DNA of 64,000 nt from Gemmatimonadota bacterium (GCA_040752145.1 JBFMFL010000004.1:13031-77030), one strand, 5' to 3'. Numbered from the stretch's first letter, positions 35,451 to 43,372 are shown. A program made the numbers and translations. Notes: generated by a model not told the origin, from the letters alone.

Positions 35451-36214
35451 GGAGACGGTGCGGCGAGGGCGGGCGCGGGCGCGAGGCGGGGGCGCCGTGG
35501 AGGAAGGGGGATCCGCCGCACGCGTTCTCCCTCCGCGGTTGCCGGAGCGGGGGACGCGGGGGGATCGAAGAGGCTGGGCTGGAGCGACGGGGGTGCGTAG
35601 CGGGCCAGCCAGGCGTGGAGCCGGGCCTGCATCACGCCGGGGGCGCCGCCGCCTTCGATCAGGCGCACCCCGGCCGGGAACCAGCGGTCCGGGAGGGCGA
35701 GCCGGTAGGTCCGCCCCATCGCCAGGTACACCTCGCCGGCGTCCTCCTCGTAGACCGCACGGGGAACCGCGCAGTTGAGGAACCACTTCATGTGCTCGGC
35801 CCGCTCGCGGTCCATCCGCTCGTCGTAGGGCTCGATCAGGTCGGTGGGGCGCAGGAGGCCGTAGCGGGCGCTCAGGATGCGGATCCCGATGTCGGGCACG
35901 GCGTCCACCAGCTGGAGGCGCTTGCACACCCGGAAGAGGATCCCGTCGTAGAGGCTCCAGGCCGGCGCCGGGCCGGCGGAGGCGTGCTTGGTCGCGGAGC
36001 ACGAAAGGATCAGCAGGCCGCGGGACGCAGAGCCGAGCTCGCAGCGGCCGCGGCACCAGCGGCCGAAGGACATGCCCGGGTGGTGCGGGGCGCCGCACCG
36101 CTCGCACGGCGGGCCGGACGCGATCCACTGGCCGGTGGGGCTGCGCGACCAGGTGGTGGGGACGACGTGGCGGTCGACGGCGTAGGCGTAGTCGTTCGGA
36201 GGACGGTAGCGCAT
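35447..36214 (-). CDS. Hypothetical protein with a zinc-ribbon-like N-terminus and a DUF6884-like core
   Basis: 'CERCG...' near the N-terminus. 'LLILSCSATKHASAGPAPAWSLYDGILF...IRILSARYGLLRPTDLIEPYDERM' matches my recollection of the 'CS..K ... ILSA.yGL..p...I.PYD' pattern of DUF6884-type proteins. Unverified. Confidence 0.45.
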   Translation of the reverse strand: MRYRPPNDYAYAVDRHVVPTTWSRSPTGQWIASGPPCERCGAPHHPGMSFGRWCRGRCELGSASRGLLILSCSATKHASAGPAPAWSLYDGILFRVCKRLQLVDAVPDIGIRILSARYGLLRPTDLIEPYDERMDRERAEHMKWFLNCAVPRAVYEEDAGEVYLAMGRTYRLALPDRWFPAGVRLIEGGGAPGVMQARLHAWLARYAPPSLQPSLFDPPASPAPATAEGERVRRIPLPPRRPRLAPAPALAAPSP

Positions 36215-36225
36215 CGGCGGGGGCG

Positions 36226-36489
36226 CTAGTCGGCGTCGGGGCGAGGGGCCGGCAGGGCGGCGGACGGGCGGACGTGGAACTCGTCGGGGCCGGCCTGGAC
36301 GAGCAGGGAGGCGCACGTGTGCTCCACCATCCCGTCGTCGCCCCACCAGACGGCGTGCTTGAGGTGCGCGCAGCCCTTCGCCCCGCAGGGGACGCTCTCG
36401 CCCAGGGCGACGCCGGTGACGTCGCCCGCGGCGGCGACGATCAGCGCGCCGGCCCGGGGGGACGGTGTGGAACTGGAGGCCATTCGCAT
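36226..36489 (-). CDS. Small Cys/His-containing protein (87 aa)
   Basis: '...GESVPCGAKGCAHLKHAVWWGDDGMVEHTCASLLV...'. High GC3. Confidence 0.45.
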   Translation of the reverse strand: MRMASSSTPSPRAGALIVAAAGDVTGVALGESVPCGAKGCAHLKHAVWWGDDGMVEHTCASLLVQAGPDEFHVRPSAALPAPRPDAD

Positions 36490-36508
36490 CCTGGGGGTGG
36501 GGTGCGCG

Positions 36509-36745
36509 TCAGCGCAGCGCGAGCGAGAGGTGCCGGGCGTACACGGAAACCAGGCGCCAGTACATCGCCATCGGGCCCTTCCGCTGCCGCCAGCTCGTCT
36601 CCGCGCGGACGGCGGCGTCGCGGGCCAGGTCCTGGAGGACGGCGCGCATCGCTTCGCGGCTCTCCGGGGGAAGGGCGCCCAGGGCGTGTGCCGCCGGGAG
36701 GGCGAGCACGGGGTTGCGGACGATGGGGGAGCTGGAGCGGAGCAT
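36509..36745 (-). CDS. Hypothetical small protein (78 aa); first gene of the run
   Basis: 'MLRSSSPIVRNPVLALPAAHALGALPPESREAMRAVLQDLARDAAVRAETSWRQRKGPMAMYWRLVSVYARHLSLALR'. Confidence 0.5.
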   Translation of the reverse strand: MLRSSSPIVRNPVLALPAAHALGALPPESREAMRAVLQDLARDAAVRAETSWRQRKGPMAMYWRLVSVYARHLSLALR

Positions 36746-36810
36746 GGGAGCGCCGGGGAAGAAGCACGGAGGCGGAGAAAGGGAGATCGCCGCCACCGTT
36801 CTCGGGCAGC

Positions 36811-36853
36811 GGTTGAAAAGAAAAAAAGGAGCCCCGCGCCATCGCGCGGGGCT
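36811..36853 (-). terminator. Rho-independent terminator/attenuator-like hairpin in the 5' leader of the minus-strand gene run
   Basis: The minus strand reads AGCCCCGCGC-GATG-GCGCGGGGCT (10-bp perfect GC-rich stem, 4-nt loop), then CC-TTTTTTT-C-TTTT. It lies 66-108 nt upstream of the first start codon (36745). Confidence 0.6.
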
Positions 36854-36933
36854 GTGCAAATCAGGTCCGGAAAACCACGGGGAAATAATGCTATGGATTG
36901 TGCACGGACGCACCAATAGTTTGTAAATAAACC

Positions 36934-38277
36934 GTGTCACCGTGGGCGCGCATGCGGACCGACACGGTGTCCACCAATCCAGCCGCCATGCCATCTGTTC
37001 CTGAGCCGATCCGGCGCACGTGCCCGCTTGCCGTGGGTCCCCTGACGCAGGAGGAGGAATCCCCGGAGGGTGTCGCCATCCTGCTGGAGGTCCCGGGCGC
37101 GCCGGGCGCGCTCCTGTGGGGCGCGCTCCGCGACGTGCTTCTCTGGATCGAGGCTCGACGGAGTGGCCAGGGAAAGCTGTTCGCGCCGGACGCGGCGCGC
37201 ACCCGCATCGAGTGGATCCGCTCTCATCCGGTGCCGGAGGACCTCGTCCCGCCGTTGCTGGTGCTCGCCGAGATGACCGGCGAGGCCGGGGGCGTGATGC
37301 GGGACGCTGTGACAGTGGCCTGCGGGCGGGTCGCTACATGGGCGATGGAGAACGGTGCGGTGGAGCTCAGGCTTGCGTTCACGGAAGCTGCAGCGCTCCT
37401 TGCCCCCGAAGATCCACACATGGCGCTTGCAGCCGGGCGACTGGCTCGCGACGTGGGCCGCCCCGCGCGGGCGGAAACCTGGCTGCGAAAGGCGGTCAAG
37501 CTGGCCCGCAACCGAGACTGGGAGACGTACGTGTGGGCCTTTACCGGGCTGGGGCTCATGTACTGGCGCGCCGGGAACCTCCGTGGGGCGCTCGCGGTCG
37601 CTGAGCGCGCCCTGCGCACTGCCTCCCGGCACCGGCTCCGGCACCTGGAGGGCGTGGTGCTGCACAACCTCTTCATGTTCGTCTCCGACCACGACGTCGC
37701 CAGAGCGTACCAGCATGTCTGGGGGGCGCTGCGCGCGTACGGAGCGGGGAACCCGCGCCTCGCCGTGCTGGCGCAGGACGTCGCCTGCTACTGGGCGGAC
37801 CACGGGCAGTTCGCCCGCGCTCTGCCGGTGATCGAGGCGGCGCTGCCCCGCATGTCCGACCCCCACGAGCGCATGCTGGTGCTGGCGGGCCGGGCCCGCG
37901 CAGCGGCAGGGGCCGGTCTCACGGACGTGTACGAGGAGGCGAGGGTTCAAACTCTTCGGGCCCTCTCGGAGACCCACGGCGAGGCACGAGCGGCGGAGAC
38001 GCTGGTCGTGCTCGCCTCGGCCGACCTGCTGGCGCGCAAGATGGACCGGGCCGAGGAGGCTGCGCGCCGCGGAGCAGAGACCGCGGCCCGCCGCGGCGAG
38101 CATGCCGCTAGGATGGCGGCCGAGGCGGTGATCGAGGCCGCGCGCGCACGGAGGCCGCACGCCTCCAGCCGAGCCGCCCCGGAGCCAGCCGGCCTTGCCC
38201 GTCAGGCGGACCGTCTACAAGGAGACCTGATCCTCTCGCTCGCGGGGGAGCCCGCCGGTGGGACTCACGCTCTTTGA
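36934..38277 (+). CDS. TPR-like helical regulator-type protein (family copy 2)
   Basis: 447-aa helical repeat protein. Shares 'LLWGALRDVLLW', 'RHRL' and 'AAAGAGLTDVYEEA' with the other two copies. Alternative in-frame ATG at 36952. Confidence 0.65.
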   Translation: MSPWARMRTDTVSTNPAAMPSVPEPIRRTCPLAVGPLTQEEESPEGVAILLEVPGAPGALLWGALRDVLLWIEARRSGQGKLFAPDAARTRIEWIRSHPVPEDLVPPLLVLAEMTGEAGGVMRDAVTVACGRVATWAMENGAVELRLAFTEAAALLAPEDPHMALAAGRLARDVGRPARAETWLRKAVKLARNRDWETYVWAFTGLGLMYWRAGNLRGALAVAERALRTASRHRLRHLEGVVLHNLFMFVSDHDVARAYQHVWGALRAYGAGNPRLAVLAQDVACYWADHGQFARALPVIEAALPRMSDPHERMLVLAGRARAAAGAGLTDVYEEARVQTLRALSETHGEARAAETLVVLASADLLARKMDRAEEAARRGAETAARRGEHAARMAAEAVIEAARARRPHASSRAAPEPAGLARQADRLQGDLILSLAGEPAGGTHAL

Positions 38278-38299
38278 GCCCCGCCGGCAGCTCCGATTC

Positions 38300-38527
38300 C
38301 TACGGCGTGGTGACCACCGTCACGGTGTCGACGGGCGCCGAGGTCGTGCCGCCCGGTTCACTGCCGTCGGCAGTACGGCCCCCGCCGCCCACCATGCCGA
38401 TGCCGTCCAGCGCCGGGGTCGGCGAGGGGCGGACGGCAGGATCCGTCGCCCCCTGTGAGTCGCAGGCCGAAAATGTCAGGGCGAGGGCGAGTGCGAACGT
38501 GGCCGTAAAAGCGCGGAGCCTGCTCAT
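38300..38527 (-). CDS. Small lipoprotein (75 aa)
   Basis: Lipobox 'LALTFSAC', then Gly/Thr/Pro-rich mature sequence. Convergent with the TPR-like gene, as in the left module. Confidence 0.5.
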   Translation of the reverse strand: MSRLRAFTATFALALALTFSACDSQGATDPAVRPSPTPALDGIGMVGGGGRTADGSEPGGTTSAPVDTVTVVTTP

Positions 38528-38670
38528 GGTGTAACTCCTTTCGGACAAATGGAAAGCGAGGGCAAAGGCGCACTCGGCCTGTGCCCGGGGAGAAGTTCCG
38601 AAAGGTGCGCCCGCTCCGGTCCGAGGGTCAAGGCGCGTCGTGAAAACCACCCCCCGATGGGGATTCCCTG

Positions 38671-39507
38671 ATGCAACCTGTTGTTCGCCCGCTCTTTCTC
38701 TTGCACTCGGACCCGGCGCTGCGCCACGCCCTGGGCCGCATTCCCGGCCAGCCGTACATCCTCTCGCTCGTGTCGAACTGGGAGGCTTTGCAGGATGGTT
38801 TGCGCCGGGCGCCGCCAACCGCCCTGGTGGTGGCTGACCCGCGTGGTGAGAGCGAGGAGGGCGGCCTTACCTGCGCTCTCGCCGAGCTCCTGCGCACCTA
38901 CCCCTCCGCCACGGTGCTCGCGGCGCTTCCGGTTGCTCCGGAGGATGCGGAGCTGGTGCTCAGGTTGAGGGAGTGGGGTGTCGCCGACGTGATCGACCTG
39001 GCTCGGGAGCGCACCCCGGAGGCGCTGGAGCGACGCCTCCGGGTCGTACAGGGTCGGGCCGTTCGGCGTCTCCTCCAGCGTGCCCTGCCGCCCAATGTGC
39101 CGGGGCGCACCCGGACGCTGCTCGCGGCCGCGGCCGAAGTGGTATCCCGCGGTGGCCAGTCCCCGGAATTTGCCGCGTCGCTCCAGGTGACGGAGCGGAC
39201 CGTCGCCCGTTGGTGCGAGCGGGCGGACCTGCCCCCGCCGCGGCGGCTCCTGGCCTGGATGCGGATCCTGCTCGCCACGGAATTGCTCGACGATGCCGGC
39301 AGGTCGCTGGAGTCGACCGCGCGGGCCTGTGGATACTCCGGTGCGGGAAGTCTGAAGCCCGCGCTGCGCAATTTCCTGAACAGGTCAGCGCGTGAACTGC
39401 GCGAGGCGGGAGCGTTCGCCACGGCCGTCCAGGTGTTCCGCGAGGAGATGGACCAGATCCGTGAGGCAGGCCGGAGCGTGAAGCCGGCCAAGGTCTGGCT
39501 GAACTGA
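38671..39507 (+). CDS. Receiver-like domain + AraC-type HTH transcription regulator
   Basis: The N-terminal ~120 aa have a CheY-like layout ('PLFLLHSDPAL...ALVVADP...VLAALPV'), but the acidic pocket is incomplete. The C-terminus 'SPEFAASLQVTERTVARWC...ARACGYSGAGSLKPALRNF' is an AraC/XylS-type double HTH. Confidence 0.6.
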   Translation: MQPVVRPLFLLHSDPALRHALGRIPGQPYILSLVSNWEALQDGLRRAPPTALVVADPRGESEEGGLTCALAELLRTYPSATVLAALPVAPEDAELVLRLREWGVADVIDLARERTPEALERRLRVVQGRAVRRLLQRALPPNVPGRTRTLLAAAAEVVSRGGQSPEFAASLQVTERTVARWCERADLPPPRRLLAWMRILLATELLDDAGRSLESTARACGYSGAGSLKPALRNFLNRSARELREAGAFATAVQVFREEMDQIREAGRSVKPAKVWLN

Positions 39508-39857
39508 TCGGCTACGGAGTCATGCGCCAGAAGGTTCTCCACGGCCTCGCGACCGGGTATTTCGAGACGCGCTTTGAAGAACCCGGCCGGCGGCATTCAG
39601 GAGCCCGGCTTTTCGCAACTCGAACGGCTTTCGGGCCGCAGCGGCGATTCCAGGCTCCAGCGGAGCAGCCCTGGGTACGTGCAAATCCCCAGCTTCTGCG
39701 GCCGTTTGGGCTCCCGCTGTCCACTCTGTCCACCTTGCACCGTAGGAGCCCGGTCCGGGAGCCGCCGTGCGCCGGCCGGTCCTGACCTACGCGGTGCCGC
39801 GGTGCCCCTTGTCGTAAGGAGCTCCGTACCGGGGCAAACCATTACTCAGGAGCGCGT

Positions 39858-40298
39858 ATGCAGCGGATGGAATACCTGCGGCGAACAGGGGTGGCAGCGA
39901 GCCGAGACGGCGAGTTCGACCGGCTCGCGGACGCATGGCGGCTGGAGGAGCTGAGACAGGTGATCCGGCGTGAGCTGCGCACCCATTGCGGTCAGCTGGC
40001 GCTCGCGCGGATCATCGGCGTCGGGCGTTCGGTCGTGAGGAAGCTCCTGGAGATGCAGAGCGTGCCCGAGCCCGAAAACCTTGGCCGCCTGCGGGAGTGG
40101 GCGGCTGACCGCCCTTCGGCCGACACTCCACGGGCCGTGGTGTGCCTGGCGGTGCTGATGGAGAACCTGCCGCCGAGCGCGCGGTACGGCGCCCGTCTCG
40201 AGGTGGCCGAGACCCTGACCCGGCTTTACCGCGAGACCGGCACTGAAGTGCCGCAGTGGCTCGCTCACGAGGTGCAAGACCGCGGGAGGGAGCTGTGA
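39858..40298 (+). CDS. HTH protein (146 aa), right copy of the duplicated family
   Basis: 104/146 identical to 19516..19956 (gap-free alignment by eye). Confidence 0.75.
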   Translation: MQRMEYLRRTGVAASRDGEFDRLADAWRLEELRQVIRRELRTHCGQLALARIIGVGRSVVRKLLEMQSVPEPENLGRLREWAADRPSADTPRAVVCLAVLMENLPPSARYGARLEVAETLTRLYRETGTEVPQWLAHEVQDRGREL

Positions 40299-40615
40299 GT
40301 TCGCCCGGCGGACAGCCTGTCGCGAGCCTCCCGGCTACACCCGAGGCGTCCGCGCCCGTGCAACTCCCCCGGAGTCCCCGGTGCGACCCGTCCACCCCTC
40401 CGGAGCGGGTACGTCGGGTTGCTTCCGGCTTCTGCTGGTCTCGGGTGGATAGAGGATGCGTCTCCCGAGAGGGTGGGTCTCCTGCCGCTGAGGGCGACCA
40501 GCACGCGAGAAGCAGAAGCTGGGTGGAGCACATACAAGCTGCCACCACTCTCCGCTACACAGGAAGTGCCTCCATGCGCCGGATTTCGCCGCTGCAAAGG
40601 GAGTAACTTGGTGCC

Positions 40616-41437
40616 ATGGACATGACTCCTGATGCAGTCGCGCTACGATACCTGCGTTACCTGGCCGTTCGCGAGGGCGGATACTCCCGTCGCGGGGTGC
40701 CGGGATGGGCGATGCGGGAAGACGTGGAGCAGGCCACCGACCAGAAGCTGCCGGAGCGCCTGCCGCGCCTTCACGCCCGCGGGCTGCTCGACCGCGAGGA
40801 CGTCCACGCGCCACACCTGACCCGGCCGGCGTGGATCTACCGGATCAACCAGGCAGGGGGAGATCGGGTGGCTGAGGAGGCGGATCTACCGCTCCGCGTG
40901 ATTCCCGGTCTGTTGCGCCATGGACCGGAGCGGCAGATGGATGCAGCCGTCTACATCCCGCCCGGTGCAGTCCTGGCGCTCCGCGAGCTGTGCTGTGCGA
41001 TGGACGCGCGGGTCGAGTCCCGGCACCTCCCGGGGGAGCGGGGATGGCGGAACGCCGCGGATCTTCGCGAGCAGTTCCTCGGGGAGGACCCAGCCAGGTC
41101 CCACTGGGAACCGCGCAGCAGCGGAGATGCGTGGATGAATGCCCGCGAGGTGGACGAGACTGAGCTCCTGCCCGGAGAGCCGTGGATGGGCGACCACGAT
41201 GGGCTGGACCAGGTCGCTCGCGAAGAGCGAGAGTGGGGATGGGATCCGCTTGTGGGGGAGCTGCCGCTCGGCCCCACCCCGCGGACTCCCTTGCCCGATG
41301 ACCTGCGGTGGCTTGTGCGGGTGGGTCTGGTGCAGCAGTGGACCGCACAGCACCCCGGCCGACGGCGGGTGACGCTGTATCGAATCACTCCCCTCGGCGG
41401 CGTAGTCATCCCTCTCGAGTGGCGGGAGCCTCGATAG
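40616..41437 (+). CDS. Hypothetical 273-aa protein, right copy of the duplicated family
   Basis: Paralogue of 16724..17548 on the opposite strand. Confidence 0.75.
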   Translation: MDMTPDAVALRYLRYLAVREGGYSRRGVPGWAMREDVEQATDQKLPERLPRLHARGLLDREDVHAPHLTRPAWIYRINQAGGDRVAEEADLPLRVIPGLLRHGPERQMDAAVYIPPGAVLALRELCCAMDARVESRHLPGERGWRNAADLREQFLGEDPARSHWEPRSSGDAWMNAREVDETELLPGEPWMGDHDGLDQVAREEREWGWDPLVGELPLGPTPRTPLPDDLRWLVRVGLVQQWTAQHPGRRRVTLYRITPLGGVVIPLEWREPR

Positions 41438-41493
41438 GTCGAGCTTGCGCGATCTGGGAGCCGCCCGCGGCGCACCTCCCTCGGCGCTGTCAC

Positions 41494-41582
41494 GCATGAA
41501 CGGTCACGGCTTATCGGCAGGGGTCGCGGCCTGACTTCGCATAAACGGTCACGCCAGGTTCAGCCGGCGTGACCGTTTATGC
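41494..41582. repeat. Perfect 17-bp inverted repeat plus a third direct copy of the same motif
   Basis: GCATAAACGGTCACGCC (41539-41555), a 10-nt loop, then GGCGTGACCGTTTATGC (41566-41582). A 15/17 direct copy, GCATGAACGGTCACGGC, lies at 41494-41510. The right arm overlaps the TAA stop of the 41577..41921 gene. Confidence 0.7.
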
Positions 41583-41921
41583 GCAGGGATCCTCGCCGCG
41601 AAGGATCGCGACGATCAGCTCCCGTGCTCGTGCTCGCCTGGGCCCGGGCAGGATCCGCAGCAGGGCCTCCAGCGCGACTTCCTCGGCAGTGCTGAAGTCG
41701 CCAACCAGGTAGCGCGCGTGCCAGGCACGGAGCTTCTGGAGGGTGCTCCGGTACGACCCGCGGCCATCGAGCACCTTCTGCAGCCCGCTCGCGGTCATTC
41801 CCACTTCGCGCGCCACACCTCGGAGGCTGGTCGCGTCGACCCGCTCCTGCAGGGTCGTGCGAATGGTGCCGACGTTCAACTCACCCCTGGCACTGTGCGC
41901 CGCGGTGTCGCCACTGGACAT
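41577..41921 (-). CDS. HTH protein (114 aa), third and more distant member of the 146-aa HTH family
   Basis: 'SLRGVAREVGMTASGLQKVLDGRGSYRSTLQKLRAWHARY...ALEALLRILPGPRRARARELIVAIL' parallels the family pattern 'LALARMIGVGRSVVRKFLE...IREWAADR...LALLMDDLPASARYGARL'. Confidence 0.6.
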   Translation of the reverse strand: MSSGDTAAHSARGELNVGTIRTTLQERVDATSLRGVAREVGMTASGLQKVLDGRGSYRSTLQKLRAWHARYLVGDFSTAEEVALEALLRILPGPRRARARELIVAILRGEDPCA

Positions 41922-42163
41922 GGGCTACCCTCGATGCCCGGGGAGCGTGTGATGGGAAGTAGACATAAGTTGGGCCGTTCCGCTGGCTGCGCAACTATGC
42001 CCCCCAACCACGGCGGCGGACACGACGGACGCCGCCGCGGAGAGGAACGGCAGCATCCTCGGCTGCGGGAACTGAGTGAGTCAGGGCGCCGGGGGTTCCG
42101 CTCCGCCGGCGCCCTCCCCCGGCCCGTCCTCCGGGTCGGCGGCCCCGGTGCGTAGGGGCGGGT

Positions 42164-42948
42164 TCATCGGCCGGAGCGCAGGCGCAGGTACGTGGTGCTG
42201 CCCGGGACGGGCCGGGCTGCGAGGAAGTCTCCGTCGGGGAGCTCGACGATCTGTCGCGCGAGCGACCAGGCGACCTTCTGGACCGCCTGGAGGGGAGGCG
42301 GGGAGGGGAATGCTCCCGGGGGAGGGACGAGCAAGCACGAGGCCGTGGAGTGCGCTTCCGCGAGCGAGGCGACGCGGCCGGCGATCCGGAGCCCGACGCA
42401 CCGGAGCCATGCGGGGTCGAGGCTGCGGGCGCTGGTGGCGGCAAAGCAGACGGCGAGCTGGGAGTGGCGCAGCGGAAGGGGAGCACCGGCGGACTCCAGA
42501 AACGCCAGCGGGTGCCGGGCCCCCGGCGAGATGCCGCCCAGGGACGTGGCGTCCGGGACGACCAGGGTGGCGGGTGAGTCGGGGAGGTGCCGGACAACGT
42601 CGCAGACGCGCGTCCCGTACGCGGCGCGGCTGGCGGCACCTGCGAGGGGCGGCAGCTCGAAGGAGAGCGACGCGGTGCGGTACAGGGAATCGCGCACCTC
42701 CCCAGCTCCGTCGCGTCGCGGCTCACGCGGGCCCACCGGTGGTCGGCGGTGTCCGGCGCGAGGGCCCCGGTGGGATCGAGGACCAGGAGGCGTGCGGCCG
42801 CGGACCAGCTCCGTGTCAGGCCGGCGAGCAGCCGCTGGTTGGCGCCGGGCACGGCCGACAGGATGGCCAGCCCCTCGGTGGCGGTGGGGGCGAGGAGATC
42901 GAGGCCCTCAGCGAGCGGCAGCGTGGCGGCGCTGGGGACGGTCGGCAT
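42164..42948 (-). CDS. Hypothetical protein with an apparent 1-nt frameshift near 42700-42703
   Basis: The N-terminal part lies in ORF 41995..42990 ('MPTVPSAATLPLAEGLDLLAPTATEGLAILSAVPGANQRLLAGL...RVSRDATELG'). It continues in ORF 42164..42736 ('EVRDSLYRTASLSFELPPLAG...'). The join falls on a G4/C4 run. Confidence 0.45.
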
Positions 42949-43021
42949 GCGCCTCGCGGCGGGGGATGGGGAAGGGGAGATCCGGGGCACCGTACCCCGG
43001 GGCGCGGCAGCTCGCCCGGAG

Positions 43022-43372
43022 TCAGCCGGGCGCGGGCGGACCCTGGCGCTGCCGGTGGACCGCGGCCGCGGCGGCCGGGCTCAGGCGCCACACGGGGACG
43101 GGGCGGAGGTGGCCGGGCACGCGGATCGCGCGGCCGGCCGGCTGAACGAGGCCGGCACGGGCGAGGGCACGCGCCACATCGACCTGGAGCGGCGCGACCT
43201 CATCGGCGGCCACCTCCCCGGCGGGGACGGCGGCTGGCGTCCACGCTTCCGCCATCGGGCCGGGGCGGCCGTCGGGAAGGAGGAGATCGCAACCGGGAAG
43301 GCCACGGGAGTCCTCGCCCCAGCGGGCGATCACCAGCGCGCCCAGCCAGGTGAGGGGGCCGGGAGGGCTCAT
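43022..43372 (-). CDS. Hypothetical protein (116 aa), winged-helix-like C-terminus
   Basis: '...VDVARALARAGLVQPAGRAIRVPGHLRPVPVWRLSPAA' resembles the C-terminal segment of the 274-aa family ('LAWLVRAGLVQ...'). Confidence 0.45.
   Translation of the reverse strand: MSPPGPLTWLGALVIARWGEDSRGLPGCDLLLPDGRPGPMAEAWTPAAVPAGEVAADEVAPLQVDVARALARAGLVQPAGRAIRVPGHLRPVPVWRLSPAAAAAVHRQRQGPPAPG

Noticed and set aside
20831-36745. A ParB-family or PRTRC protein D gene within the operon
   Set aside because: I looked for ParB box motifs and a ~300-600-aa partner. No ORF in the gene run has them.
36831-36850. The leader hairpin stem CCCCGCGC...GCGCGGGG as another CRISPR repeat
   Set aside because: It is a single copy with no periodic partner. 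Its adjacent T-tract fits a terminator better.
16724-41437. The flanks as true terminal inverted repeats of a transposon
   Set aside because: Similarity is at paralogue level (about 70-80% protein identity) and gene order differs between the sides. No transposase or recombinase is present.
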